Of a stretch of DNA of 64,000 nt, positions 38,068-48,764 are shown in pieces; position 1 is the first letter of the stretch, and the number at the start of each line of letters is the position of its first letter. The notes beneath the pieces are model-generated. The model did not search any database. It was not told the DNA's origin and saw only the letters and a list, made by a program, of their open reading frames with translations. A program made the translations under genes and the position numbers. This stretch comes from Desulfatiglandales bacterium (GTDB taxonomy: Bacteria; Desulfobacterota; DSM-4660; Desulfatiglandales; Desulfatiglandaceae): positions 4,704,001 to 4,768,000 of the forward strand of contig OY759599.1 of NCBI GenBank assembly GCA_963662465.1. Direction: 5' to 3'.

Positions 38068-38853
38068 TTAAATCTGTCCCTTCAACCTGCCCCATATGAT
38101 CCCGAAATATTCATGGACCGCCCGTGTGGCATTATCCAAAGCGCTGACGTTTGGGAAAAGATCCTCAGGGGAAAAGGGCATTTTTACCCGTGACGTGGCG
38201 CCCGCCGGCCCGGGGATGGGAAACATTCCCAGGTTTTTAAAAAGAGCCATGGATCGTGGCATGTGCGTGGCGGAGGTCACCAGCACAAAGGGTTCCGTTC
38301 CGACCATCGGTTTGATCAAGCGAGCCTGGTCTTTTGTATCATTGGAAGTGGATTCAAGGATCATATCGCCTGCCGGGACCCCCATGAATTCGCTGACTTC
38401 AGCCATAACCACCGCTTCCGGAACGGGATCCGCGGCGCCGCCTCCCGACAGAATCAATTTGGCCCCGGGGTTCCGGCGCAGTATTCGAATCCCTTCCACC
38501 AGTCGGATCAGTGAATCTCCTGACATCCGGCCGGTTGCCGGAACAAGCGGATCGGATTTATGGCCACCCGCCAGCACCACCACATATTTTACCGAAGATT
38601 TGGGTTTTGCTTCGGATTTGGCGTACCGGTTTATTGCATAGGATTCATATCGGCAATCAAGAGGGGCATTTAATGCCCTTGCCACGGGATCATAGCTCAT
38701 CACCAAGAGCCCCATGAGGCCCAGGGTGGTCAGTATTTTTCCAGAAAAAGCCCTTTTGCCGCGCCAAAGAAAGAACAACCCCAAAAAAGAAATCAGAAGA
38801 CACAAGGGTAACGGCATCAGGAGTGAACCCAGTAATTTTTTGATGATGAACAC
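38068..38853 (-). CDS. ElyC/YdcF (DUF218) envelope protein
   Basis: VVLAGG, RLVEG, LSGG, E..S.DT, LVTSATHMPR, HEY.G. Confidence 0.88.
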   Translation of the reverse strand: MFIIKKLLGSLLMPLPLCLLISFLGLFFLWRGKRAFSGKILTTLGLMGLLVMSYDPVARALNAPLDCRYESYAINRYAKSEAKPKSSVKYVVVLAGGHKSDPLVPATGRMSGDSLIRLVEGIRILRRNPGAKLILSGGGAADPVPEAVVMAEVSEFMGVPAGDMILESTSNDTKDQARLIKPMVGTEPFVLVTSATHMPRSMALFKNLGMFPIPGPAGATSRVKMPFSPEDLFPNVSALDNATRAVHEYFGIIWGRLKGQI

Positions 38854-39077
38854 AATTTCTTCCCCCTATGGATGCCACCGATTGTAACCAATCCAGAGCC
38901 CAGGGTCAAAAAAACATTGTAAAAAGGGATGGAAAAGTATAAAAGAGTTTCTTTGAAATGTTGACGCATATTCTTTGTTTTGAATAACTATTTGGAATAA
39001 TGTTTAAAAAAGCTTGCCGTAACTTTGAGGGTTAAGGGCGTGTGTTTTGGGCAGCATTGTTTTTTTGGGAGATTCTG

Positions 39078-39308
39078 ATGGGTGACATCCTGGACTACTT
39101 TTTATGTGATAATTGCAACGGTAAGGACTTCAAACTTGTTTATAATTTTTGTCTTCGGTTTCATGGGGTCAACTTCTCAGATGATCTCATCTACGATAAG
39201 GCCGTGGATGAACGGTTCCAGTGTACAAAATGTGAAAAGACTTTTTCCAGAGAAGAAATAGAATCGGGATTGACCCGGTTGCGGAAAGCACGCATCAAAA
39301 GGGATTAG
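39078..39308 (+). CDS. Small zinc-ribbon hypothetical protein
   Basis: CDNC ... CTKC; GGAG RBS before ATG 39078. Confidence 0.7.
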   Translation: MGDILDYFLCDNCNGKDFKLVYNFCLRFHGVNFSDDLIYDKAVDERFQCTKCEKTFSREEIESGLTRLRKARIKRD

Positions 39309-40837
39309 AGTTCAATGGAATACTGTTCCAAATGAAATTTTTCTTTTCCGATAATGATGATTCTTTTACCCGTTCTTTTTTCCAGATCAATCACCGACCC
39401 CTGTTCCTCTTCCCTCAAAATCTTGTCTACTTCAGGGTTAACAAGGATGTGAATGCTGCCGCCTTCTTCAAGATGGGTGCAATCCCTTTCCAGTTCCCTG
39501 AATATTTCATAGCAGATGGTTTTGGGGGATTTTAAAACGCCTCGCCCGTCGCAGTAAGCACAGGGTTCGCTCAGCAGTCGATTCAAACTGGCCCGGGTTC
39601 TCTTTCGGGTCATCTCAATGAGCCCCAAATCAGACATGGGAAGGATGTTGGTTTTGGCTTTGTCTTTACTTAATGCCTCTTTCAGGGCCATGAATACCCG
39701 TTCCCGGTTTGTGGGCTTCTCCATGTCGATGAAATCAATAACAATAAGCCCGCCGATGTTCCTGAAGCGAAGCTGATAGGCGATCTCTTTTACGGCTTCA
39801 AGATTTGTTTTTAGAATGGTTTCTTCGAGATTCCGCTTTCCCACATAACTTCCGGTGTTGACGTCTATTGACGTAAGCGCCTCCGTAAGTTCAATAACGA
39901 TGTAGCCCCCCGATTTCAACCAGGTTTTATTGCCGATGGCCCGGGAAATTTCAATTTCGATGCCAAAGGCATCAAAAATGGGACCGAGACCTTCATAAAG
40001 CTCAACGGAATATTTCAGTCTGGGGGCGAAGGTCTCAATAAATGCCATGACATTTTCGTACTCTTCGTCCGAATCGATAATCAGACGATCCACCTCCCGT
40101 GTAAACAAATCCCGAACCGCCCGCAACGTAATGGTGAGGTCTTTATATAAGAGTCCGGGATCATTGCCTTTCTCCATTTTACCCTTGATATTGTCCCAGA
40201 GTTTCAGCAAAAAATCCATTTCGGCTTCCAGTTTTTCCTTAGAAGTGTTTTCCGCTACCGTCCTGGCAATAAAACCAAAGGATCCCGGATTGATATCCTT
40301 TATAATGCCTTTGAGCCGCTCTCGCTCTTCTTTGTCCTCAATTTTTCGAGATATCCCGATATGATTCACTGTGGGCATAAGTACCAAATGTCTTCCGGGC
40401 AAGGATACATGGCTTGTCAGCCGTGCCCCCTTATTTCCAAGGGGCTCCTTTGAAACCTGCACCATAATGCTTTGCCCTTCATGGAGGAGATCCTCTATCT
40501 GGAAGCCGTTATGGTACGATTGCCTTGCCGGTGCGTCCTCAAAATCGTCAATATCCAGCGCCGCCTTGCCATCGCCGGCTTTAAGCATCATCTGCTCAAG
40601 ATCTGAAAAATCCCTGTAAACATCCGAGACGTAAAGGAAGGCGGTCCTGCCAAGGCTGACATCCACAAACGCCGCCTGCATGCCGGGCAAAACACGGACC
40701 ACCCTCCCGCGATAGATGTTTCCCATCAACTCCCGGCCGCTGTCTCTCTCAATGTGCAGCTCAACAACAACGCCGTTTTCAACCAGTGCAACCCGGGTTT
40801 CGTAAGATCTGGAATTGATGATCAGTTCGCTTGACAT
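39305..40837 (-). CDS. rng: Rne/Rng family ribonuclease
   Basis: GNIYRGRV..VLPGMQAAFVD, KGARLT, IDVNTG, DFIDM, EMTRKR, CxxC. Confidence 0.93.
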   Translation of the reverse strand: MSSELIINSRSYETRVALVENGVVVELHIERDSGRELMGNIYRGRVVRVLPGMQAAFVDVSLGRTAFLYVSDVYRDFSDLEQMMLKAGDGKAALDIDDFEDAPARQSYHNGFQIEDLLHEGQSIMVQVSKEPLGNKGARLTSHVSLPGRHLVLMPTVNHIGISRKIEDKEERERLKGIIKDINPGSFGFIARTVAENTSKEKLEAEMDFLLKLWDNIKGKMEKGNDPGLLYKDLTITLRAVRDLFTREVDRLIIDSDEEYENVMAFIETFAPRLKYSVELYEGLGPIFDAFGIEIEISRAIGNKTWLKSGGYIVIELTEALTSIDVNTGSYVGKRNLEETILKTNLEAVKEIAYQLRFRNIGGLIVIDFIDMEKPTNRERVFMALKEALSKDKAKTNILPMSDLGLIEMTRKRTRASLNRLLSEPCAYCDGRGVLKSPKTICYEIFRELERDCTHLEEGGSIHILVNPEVDKILREEEQGSVIDLEKRTGKRIIIIGKEKFHLEQYSIEL

Positions 40838-40865
40838 AAAGTGGGCTCCCCTGGATTTTCCGGCT

Positions 40866-43370
40866 TTATTGGTAAACCTGTTCGGTTTTAAGTATTTTCA
40901 TATTGAGAAGGTCGTCTTCCGTCAAACGAAATACGCCTTTTACGATTTCGGCCGGTTTCAAGGCCAACCTGTCTGTCTGCTTGAGGGTCAAATCAATTTG
41001 CCTGGGAGAGACAAGCCCCATGGCCATCACAGGGTCCCTGGCATCGAGTGCATGTTCCCCTTTTTTATTGATTTTGACAACCTCAAAATGCTTTGAATCG
41101 AGGAATTCAGTGAGATACGCCTCGTTGAATGTCGCCTTCATCAAGGTAATGAGAAATCGAGAAGCTTTGATCCGAAGTTTTCTTCCTGAAAAAGGAATTT
41201 TTGAAATGTGTATCACATCCATGCCGCTGGGGAGTTCCCGGTTGATTTTGGCTTTGAGGGAATCAATATCCACAACTTCAGCCAGTTCAATTTCCGCTAA
41301 TTCAGTCATGCTTTCCGTGCCTACCGGCAAAGCGGAAAAGAATGAGACCTTGGGCATGGGATGAAACCCCTGGGAGTAGACCAGTCTCAATCCGGCGCGC
41401 CTGAAAGCGCGTGTCAACACGCGCCCCAACTCCAGGTGACTGAGATGCCCGGCGCCGGCCAATTTTGTAAAGGTGAGACGGAATTTACTCACGGACTGCA
41501 CTGCTGGTTGTTCCGGTGAGAATGCTTTTGGTGAGAAGGATACAGCCTTAAAAAGGACGGGATCGATTGTTTTATGGTCGCATACGCCACATTCATAACA
41601 TTTTTCACGGCAATCGGGGGTAAACTGCTCTGTTTCAGCTTTTTTTCGTTCTTTTCTAAGGAAGGCCTTTGTAACGCCCGATCGAATATGATCCCATGGC
41701 AGGATCTCATGGGCGCCTCTTTCCCTGTGATAAAACGCCGGTTTAATTTGGGATCGATCAAAGGCGTCTTTCCATATCTCCAGTTTGAAATGCTCTCCCC
41801 ATGCGTCAAACCTTGCCCCGAGCTTCCATGCCTCAATAATGGCGCCGGCCAGTTTCCGGTCTCCCCTGGCCATGACGCCTTCCAGCCAGCTCAACTCCGG
41901 TTGATTCCATTTAACCCGCACACGACTGTTTCTAAGGCCGTCCCGAATCAGTTTAATCCTTCGCCGGCTCTCTTCCAGGGATATTTGAGGCATCCACATA
42001 AAGGGGGTATGGCTCTTGGGCACGAAAGTGGAAATAGCGACATTCACGTTTTCACGTCGTCCCTTTTGGCCTGACACTCTCGTAACCTGTTCCGCAAGAT
42101 CAACAATGTCCTGAAGATCCTCATCTCCTTCGGACGGCAGTCCAATCATAAAATAAAGTTTAATCAGCTTCCACCCTGATTTGTACACGATGCGTGCCGT
42201 TTCAAGGACATCCGATTGGGTTAATCCCTTGTTAATGACCCGTCTGAGGCGATTATTTCCCGCTTCGGGGGCGAGGGTAAACCCTGTTTTCCGGACTCTT
42301 TTGATCTGTTCAATCATTTGCGCATCCAGACTGTCAACCCTGAGAGAGGGGAGACTGACGCCGATATGGTCGGGGGAAAGCCGGTCCATGAGGGCGCGAA
42401 GAAGTGGCCCGATATGGCTGTAATCACCGGAACTGAGCGACAGAAGCGATAGGTCTTCGTATCCGGTCAGACGCAAAGTATTTTCCGCAATGTTGATAAT
42501 GGATTCCGGATCTCTCTCCCGAACAGGCCTGTAGATCATCCCGGCCTGGCAGAACCGGCAGCCTCGGGTACAGCCCCGTGAAATCTCAACGGCAACGCGG
42601 TCATGAACCAGTTCCGTAAAAGGGACAATTTGGCGTACCGGGTAGGGATATGCGTCAAGATGGGGTAAAATAGCCTTATTTACCATCTTATAATCGTCAT
42701 GTTTTGGCATAATCTCAGCTATTTTTCCGTCCGCATCATACCGGATCTGGAAGAAGGAAGGGATGTAGATTCCTTGTATCTGAGAGAGGCAATTCAGGAT
42801 GTCGTGTTTTTGAACGCCACCCGCCTGTTTTGCCTTTCGAACGGCGCTGCATATCTCCAAAGAAGCGGTTTCGCCATCTCCAATCACCATGATGTCAAAA
42901 AAATCCGCAACAGGTTCCGGGTTGAAACAGGCGGGTCCCCCCGCAATAATAAGGGGATAGTCATTCCCCCTGTCTTTGGCCAGAAACGGAATTCCGGAAA
43001 GATCAAGGACATTTAAGATGTTCGTATAGGAAAGCTCATGTTGAAGGCTGAATCCGATGAGATCAAAATCGGCCAGGGGTTGTCCTGACTCCCAGGAGGT
43101 GAGCGGAACGTTGTTTTCCCTGAGTACACTTTCCAGGTCGGTCCAGGGAGAAAAGACCCTTTCGGCGGCAAGCCAGTCCCGACTGTTCAAAAGGTGGTAG
43201 ATGATCTTCAATCCCAAATGGCTCATGCCCACTTCAAAAACGTCCGGGAAAACAAGCGCAATAGACACATCGGCTTGTAAAAGATCTTTTCGAATGACGT
43301 TAATCTCATTGTCCAAATAACGGCTGGGACGGCTAAGCTTGGAAAACCACTCCTGTTCACATATTTTCAT
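40866..43370 (-). CDS. TIGR03960-type radical SAM protein fused to a DUF2344/TIGR03936-type domain
   Basis: RPSRY, VGMSHLG, RGCTRGCRFCQAG, LPWDHI, C-terminal SHLEL...YSQGFHP.PK. Confidence 0.9.
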   Translation of the reverse strand: MKICEQEWFSKLSRPSRYLDNEINVIRKDLLQADVSIALVFPDVFEVGMSHLGLKIIYHLLNSRDWLAAERVFSPWTDLESVLRENNVPLTSWESGQPLADFDLIGFSLQHELSYTNILNVLDLSGIPFLAKDRGNDYPLIIAGGPACFNPEPVADFFDIMVIGDGETASLEICSAVRKAKQAGGVQKHDILNCLSQIQGIYIPSFFQIRYDADGKIAEIMPKHDDYKMVNKAILPHLDAYPYPVRQIVPFTELVHDRVAVEISRGCTRGCRFCQAGMIYRPVRERDPESIINIAENTLRLTGYEDLSLLSLSSGDYSHIGPLLRALMDRLSPDHIGVSLPSLRVDSLDAQMIEQIKRVRKTGFTLAPEAGNNRLRRVINKGLTQSDVLETARIVYKSGWKLIKLYFMIGLPSEGDEDLQDIVDLAEQVTRVSGQKGRRENVNVAISTFVPKSHTPFMWMPQISLEESRRRIKLIRDGLRNSRVRVKWNQPELSWLEGVMARGDRKLAGAIIEAWKLGARFDAWGEHFKLEIWKDAFDRSQIKPAFYHRERGAHEILPWDHIRSGVTKAFLRKERKKAETEQFTPDCREKCYECGVCDHKTIDPVLFKAVSFSPKAFSPEQPAVQSVSKFRLTFTKLAGAGHLSHLELGRVLTRAFRRAGLRLVYSQGFHPMPKVSFFSALPVGTESMTELAEIELAEVVDIDSLKAKINRELPSGMDVIHISKIPFSGRKLRIKASRFLITLMKATFNEAYLTEFLDSKHFEVVKINKKGEHALDARDPVMAMGLVSPRQIDLTLKQTDRLALKPAEIVKGVFRLTEDDLLNMKILKTEQVYQ

Positions 43371-43411
43371 GGTATTGTCACTTTCCTTTTTCAAAATTTC
43401 GAATGGTGCAA

Positions 43412-45103
43412 TTACTGGTGTTTTAGGGGCAACACAATAACGATTTCAGCACCGCCTTCAGGGTGGTTGTTCCCCGAAACCCTGCCTTCAAGTTGATCGA
43501 TGATCCGTTTTACGGTGGCCAGGCCCAGGCCGCTCCCCCCCTCTTTGGTGGTGAAAAATGGTGTGAAAATTCCGGCAAGGGCTTTTTCGTTAAATCCGTC
43601 CCCGGTGTCACGGATGACAATCACCACATTGCGGGTTGTTGATTCCGAGCCTTCCGGCGCCGATTTTGTGGTGATGAAAAGTGTCCCGCCACCGGGCATG
43701 ACATCGCAGGCATTCAGAAAAACATTCCATAAAACCTGTTTGACTTGACCCGGATCAGATTCAATTACCACAGTGTCCTCAAAATGTGTAACGATAACGA
43801 TATTTTCATGCCAGCCTTGGCTATTTTTCAAAAGTTCCAGGGATTCCAGGATGACCTGATTCAGGTCAAAGGTTACCCATTTTGTTTCTTTAGGCCGCGC
43901 AAAGATCAAAAAATCACTGATCAACTGGTTCAATCGGTCAATTTCCCGGCTTACAATGGCCATTAATCGGCTTTCAATGGTATCCCAGACAAGTCCTTCT
44001 TTCAATATCTCAATGGAACCGCTGATGGAGGCCATGGGATTCCTTATTTCATGGGCAATGCCCGCAGCCATCTCCCCCACAAGCGCCAATCCTTCCACTT
44101 TTTTCATATTTTCTTCAATTCGTTTTATTTCCGTTACATCCTGAAGAACCAGGATTTTGCCGCCACTGTCGCCCAATGAGTACCGAAGGGGCGATATGGA
44201 AAACCGAAGATAAATTCTGACGTCACCCGGTTGCGTATAAGGAATATCCATAAAGGGGGGGGTATTGACCGAGGGGCGTATAGCACAAGCGGTTTGTAGA
44301 TGTTGCCTAAGAACGGGAATGACGGTCGCCAGCGAACAGCCGATAATTTGATCGGCACGAATTTTAAAAAGTTGTTCCGCCGTTGGGTTGAACAATATAA
44401 CGCGTTCCGCTTTGTCTAAGACAATCAGTCCCGAATCAATGCTATTAATAATGCTTTCATGAAGAATTTCCAGTTTATTGAGATCCAGTTGGGTTTCTTT
44501 TAATTCCGCACGGCTTTTTTTGATCTGTTCGGCAAGGAAACCACTGAGATATCCCACCAGGTAGAATCCGATCATATTGACCAGTATGGTATAGAACAGG
44601 TAGGCACTGTTATAGGTATCGGGAGCGTAATTCAACCGACTGCCCAATGGGTGAATCAAGCCATAATAATGAAGATCCAGCAACAATCCATAAAGGATGC
44701 TGCTTCCCGAAGCGATGAGTATGCCGCCTTTTCGGGAAAGGATAATGCCGCCGCTGATGATATTTAAAATGAAAAGAAAAGAAAAGATGCTATCGATTCC
44801 GCCGGTGGCGTATATGAAAAAGGTAATAAAAATGGTGTCGAAAAATATCTGAAAATAGGCCTGAAGCCTTATTTTTCTGAAATGTTTGATGAGAAAAATA
44901 TAAATTGTATTGGTGAGATATATAATCGTAAGGAGAATGTAGGGTGCACTCTGAGCTTGGGTGAAATAAAGGTGAGTTTCCTTGAAACGGATAAATATGA
45001 GGACGCCCAGGATCACGGAAACGAACAGCACCCGTAAAAACATCAGGGTTTGAAGTCGTTTTTGGAGTTCTGAATCCCTGCCGGTCTGCTTTTGCTTGAT
45101 CAT
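43412..45103 (-). CDS. pilS: PilS-like membrane PAS histidine kinase
   Basis: Six-TM N-terminus (ATGGIDSIFSFL), PAS, AHEIRNPM, GSGLGL; follows pilC. Confidence 0.8.
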   Translation of the reverse strand: MIKQKQTGRDSELQKRLQTLMFLRVLFVSVILGVLIFIRFKETHLYFTQAQSAPYILLTIIYLTNTIYIFLIKHFRKIRLQAYFQIFFDTIFITFFIYATGGIDSIFSFLFILNIISGGIILSRKGGILIASGSSILYGLLLDLHYYGLIHPLGSRLNYAPDTYNSAYLFYTILVNMIGFYLVGYLSGFLAEQIKKSRAELKETQLDLNKLEILHESIINSIDSGLIVLDKAERVILFNPTAEQLFKIRADQIIGCSLATVIPVLRQHLQTACAIRPSVNTPPFMDIPYTQPGDVRIYLRFSISPLRYSLGDSGGKILVLQDVTEIKRIEENMKKVEGLALVGEMAAGIAHEIRNPMASISGSIEILKEGLVWDTIESRLMAIVSREIDRLNQLISDFLIFARPKETKWVTFDLNQVILESLELLKNSQGWHENIVIVTHFEDTVVIESDPGQVKQVLWNVFLNACDVMPGGGTLFITTKSAPEGSESTTRNVVIVIRDTGDGFNEKALAGIFTPFFTTKEGGSGLGLATVKRIIDQLEGRVSGNNHPEGGAEIVIVLPLKHQ

Positions 45104-45110
45104 CTCTGCT

Positions 45111-46322
45111 TCATGAACCCATGGCCGCGGCCATCTGGAATATGGGCAGATACATGGCAATGACGAGACCGCCAATGGCGCCGCCCAGAAAAACCATGAG
45201 CAAGGGCTCCAACATGGACGTCAAAGCATCAACCGCCGCATCCACTTCATCATCGTAAAAGTCGGCGATTTTTTCCAGCATGGTTTCCAAAGCGCCGGTC
45301 GCTTCTCCCACGCCGATCATTTGAACAACCATGTTGGGAAAAATGCCGCTTTCCGAAAGCGGTTCAGCGATGGGTTGACCTTCGGCAATGCAGGCGCGAA
45401 CATCCAGAATAACTTCTTCCAAGACCATGTTTCCCGAGGTCTTGGCCACAATCTCCATGGCCGAAATAATGGGAACACCACTACCGATCATGGTTCCAAG
45501 GGTCCTGGTGAAACTGGCCACGGCGACTTTCCTGAGAAGGTTGCCGAAAACCGGGAGTTTGAGTGCCAGAATATCTAATTTTTTCCTTCCATATTTGGTA
45601 CTCTTAAATTTTTTGAAAACAATTACCAAAACAATGATCGCCCCGATCATGTAATGTACATTTCCTTTGATGAAACGGCTGAGATTTACGACAATTTGAG
45701 TGGGCATCGGCAGCGCAGAGCCAAAATCGGCGAACATGCTTTCAAAAACGGGGATAACGAAAATCATGATGACGGCGATGACCAGAACGGCGATGGACAC
45801 AACAATAGCCGGGTATGTCATGGCGCTCTTGATTTTCGATTTCAGTTTTTGCGCTTTTTCGATATGCGTGGCCAGTCGCTGCAAAATAGTGTCCAGTATC
45901 CCGCCAACCTCGCCGGCCGCCACCAGATTCACGAAAAGACCGTCAAACACCTTGGGGTGCTTCTGGAGTGATTCAGCCAGACTGGCGCCGCCCTCCACAT
46001 CGGTGACGACCTCCTTCAAAATGCCTTTGAAGGTTTTGTTCTCCATCTGGTCGGCCAGTATGGTAAGCCCCTGTACCAGCGGAAGACCGGCATCAATCAT
46101 GGTCGAAAACTGTCGGGTGAAAATAACGAGGTCTTTACTGGTTATTTTCGGCTGCATAAACGAGACGCTTGCAAAAAGATCTTTTGGCTTTTGTTTGATC
46201 TTTTTGATTTTGAGATTGCGCCGTTTCAGCTGCAGTCTGGCCATCTTTTCATCGGCGGCTTCAACTTCACCGCGGATGGTTTTACCCTTTTTGGTCTCAG
46301 CAACCCATTTGAATTCCGGCAT
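45111..46322 (-). CDS. pilC: Type IV pilus platform protein PilC (T2SSF family)
   Basis: FTRQFSTMIDAGLP, AGEVGG.LD, MTYP, VGEATG.L, MYLPIF. Confidence 0.93.
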   Translation of the reverse strand: MPEFKWVAETKKGKTIRGEVEAADEKMARLQLKRRNLKIKKIKQKPKDLFASVSFMQPKITSKDLVIFTRQFSTMIDAGLPLVQGLTILADQMENKTFKGILKEVVTDVEGGASLAESLQKHPKVFDGLFVNLVAAGEVGGILDTILQRLATHIEKAQKLKSKIKSAMTYPAIVVSIAVLVIAVIMIFVIPVFESMFADFGSALPMPTQIVVNLSRFIKGNVHYMIGAIIVLVIVFKKFKSTKYGRKKLDILALKLPVFGNLLRKVAVASFTRTLGTMIGSGVPIISAMEIVAKTSGNMVLEEVILDVRACIAEGQPIAEPLSESGIFPNMVVQMIGVGEATGALETMLEKIADFYDDEVDAAVDALTSMLEPLLMVFLGGAIGGLVIAMYLPIFQMAAAMGS

Positions 46323-46644
46323 TTTGGTTCTCCCAAAAATGAAACAGCTAACCCATTTGTCTCCAATGTTTGGCGATTTTTTAATTTTAATAAACAGTTG
46401 TCGGAAGATAAATAATTTGCTCGTTTCTGTCAAGGACGCTATTTTGTTAGAACCGGCTGATATTGTTCTTGACAAGAAGCGGAGATACCATGTTATATGT
46501 GTTTGCTGTTGGAGCGTCATGAAGATCCGCACTGTTCAATGCTTTCTGAAAAGTTTGATCCGTATTGATTTGCACGCTCTTTTTAGGCGAAAAAGTTTGT
46601 AGTACACGTAATCAATTGAAATGATGAATAAGGAGGTGTTGGCT

Positions 46645-46857
46645 GTGAGTGAGATTATTGCCCCCATGGGGGGAAAAGTTCTTGATGTGAAGGTAAAGCC
46701 GGGAGATGCGGTAAGCGACGGTGATGAAGTGGTGATCCTCGAAGCCATGAAAATGGAGTTGCCGGTTGTGGCGGAAGCATCGGGTACGGTTAAAGAGGTA
46801 AAGTGCAATAAAGGGGATACGGTTGAAGCGGAAGGCGTCCTGATCACGCTGGAGTAG
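46645..46857 (+). CDS. Stand-alone biotin carrier protein (probable decarboxylase subunit, GcdC-like)
   Basis: APMGG...LEAMKME biotinylation motif; AGGAGG RBS. Confidence 0.88.
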   Translation: MSEIIAPMGGKVLDVKVKPGDAVSDGDEVVILEAMKMELPVVAEASGTVKEVKCNKGDTVEAEGVLITLE

Positions 46858-46938
46858 CGCATTTTTATACGCTTGTCGGGCGACGCCGTTTCGCTTGGGA
46901 GTGGGATTGTATCCCCCGAATAAAGCCATAGCCCAAAC

Positions 46939-46978
46939 AAAAGGCCTCCATATTTAATATGGAAGCCTTTTGTTTTTG
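46939..46978. terminator. Bidirectional rho-independent terminator
   Basis: AAAAGGCCTCCATATT/AATATGGAAGCCTTTT stem plus T-tract between convergent genes. Confidence 0.65.
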
Positions 46979-46997
46979 ATGGGTTTTTCGATGCTGC

Positions 46998-47462
46998 CTA
47001 TGCCGCGGCTTTTTTTGCCTCCGCCCGTCCGACAAACGCGGAGATGATTTTCCCGGAAACAACCATTCCCACAAAGACAATCATCAAGACCACAAATACG
47101 CCGATATACCGCAAAACAAGGGTCCCGATAATCCATGTCCAGTTGTCTTTGATAATAACAATGGTGGCCCCGTCTTTTTCATCCTTTGAGATAGTAATGG
47201 AATGCCAGGGGCGCGCCCCATCATCTTCAATATAAGTGGCATCTTTCCAGTCTCGAAACTTGATGTTCGATTCGTTCTTCAGTTGTTCCCTGTAAAATAA
47301 AACCACCGCGTCGTGGGAAAGAGACGATTTCATCTCCAGGCGAACATCGGTTCTCAAATTTTCCTTGCCCTGGCTTACGACGGGCGCACCCAGGAAGTCT
47401 TCCGCATTTGAAGCCACGGGAAACATCAACAAAATTAATAGTAAGAGTGCTGTTTTTTTCAT
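46998..47462 (-). CDS. OadG/GcdD-like subunit with N-terminal exported domain
   Basis: Signal peptide, soluble domain, C-terminal TM IGVFVVLMIV; downstream of the beta subunit. Confidence 0.6.
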   Translation of the reverse strand: MKKTALLLLILLMFPVASNAEDFLGAPVVSQGKENLRTDVRLEMKSSLSHDAVVLFYREQLKNESNIKFRDWKDATYIEDDGARPWHSITISKDEKDGATIVIIKDNWTWIIGTLVLRYIGVFVVLMIVFVGMVVSGKIISAFVGRAEAKKAAA

Positions 47463-47530
47463 TTGCTTACCCTTTGTAAATCGAGTTTTTAGCATCATTG
47501 CCTTGCCACATGGTTTTACTACGCCAAAGG

Positions 47531-48676
47531 TTAGTCAAACATGGCGATGAACATGCCGGCCGCCGCCGCGGAACCGATAACGCCCGCGAGGTTCGGCCCC
47601 ACGGCGTGCATCAGCAAATGGTTCGTCCGGTCATATCTGAGCCCCTGCATTTGCGAAACCCTTGCCGCCATGGGCACCGCGGAAACACCGGCGGAACCGA
47701 TCAGGGGATTAATCTTGTCCTTCAGAAAAAGATTCATGATTTTAACGGTAACAATACCGCCGATGGTACAAACGGCAAAATCCACCAACCCCAGACTAAA
47801 GATGAAGAGCGGTTTCCAGCTCAGAAACTTATCCGCCTGCATGGTAGCGCCCACCGAAACGCCCAGGAATATGGTAACGATGTTCATCAGGGAGTCCTTG
47901 GCCGTTCCGACCAATCGTTCCACCACGCCGCTTTCTTTCATGAGGTTTCCGAGCATGAACATACCCATGAGCGGAATCACGGAGGGCACCAGAAGTGCGA
48001 TGATGCCTGAGGTAACAAGGGGAAAAAGAATTTTTTCCTGACGCGAAACCGGCCTTAACTGATGCATGCGGATCTTTCTTTCTTCCGGATTCGTCATCAT
48101 TTTCATGAGCGGCGGCTGGATCAGGGGCACCATGGCCATGTATGAATAGGCCGCCAGCGCATTGGCACCGAGCAACTGAGGCGCCAGATGCTGAGTTAAA
48201 TAGATGGTAGTGGGGCCGTCGGCGCCGCCGATGATGCTGACGGAGGCGGCCTCCTTCAAGGTAAAACCCACCAGCACCGTACCGGTAAAGGTAATGAAGA
48301 CACCCAATTGTGCGCCAGCGCCGATGAGGAGGGTCTTGGGGTTGGCAATAAGGGGGCCAAAGTCGGTCATAGCGCCCAACCCCAGAAAAATGACGCAGGG
48401 AATGACTTCCCATTTGAGCCCATACTTGTAAAATACCTCCAAAAGAAGAGGATGACCATTACTAGAATAGCCCATCAGGGGGACCAGGGGAAAGTTGACG
48501 ATAAAAATTCCAAAACCGATGGGGAGCAAGAGAAGGGGTTCAAATTTTTTAACAATGGCCAGATATATGAACAAACTCCCCACGCACCACATGATCACAA
48601 TATTCCATTGAAAATTGTAAATTCCGGTTGTATGGAGGGTTCCATACAACATATCGAGTATTTCGTTGGCGGTCAT
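47531..48676 (-). CDS. Na+-translocating decarboxylase beta subunit (GcdB/OadB)
   Basis: FEPLLLLPIGFG, GAMTDFGPL, IIGGADGPT, AYSYMA, GVSAVPMAARV, GPNLAGVIGS. Confidence 0.95.
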   Translation of the reverse strand: MTANEILDMLYGTLHTTGIYNFQWNIVIMWCVGSLFIYLAIVKKFEPLLLLPIGFGIFIVNFPLVPLMGYSSNGHPLLLEVFYKYGLKWEVIPCVIFLGLGAMTDFGPLIANPKTLLIGAGAQLGVFITFTGTVLVGFTLKEAASVSIIGGADGPTTIYLTQHLAPQLLGANALAAYSYMAMVPLIQPPLMKMMTNPEERKIRMHQLRPVSRQEKILFPLVTSGIIALLVPSVIPLMGMFMLGNLMKESGVVERLVGTAKDSLMNIVTIFLGVSVGATMQADKFLSWKPLFIFSLGLVDFAVCTIGGIVTVKIMNLFLKDKINPLIGSAGVSAVPMAARVSQMQGLRYDRTNHLLMHAVGPNLAGVIGSAAAAGMFIAMFD

Positions 48677-48764
48677 GACAAAATCCTTTGCAAGAACTTG
48701 AGTGAATTTTCTCGCGATTCAATCGCGATATTCCAAGCGTCTTATCCGACGCGAAAGTGAAGGC

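Noticed and set aside
46870..46925. Small hairpins after the biotin carrier gene as an ncRNA
   Set aside because: Short stems only, explained as 3' UTR before the terminator
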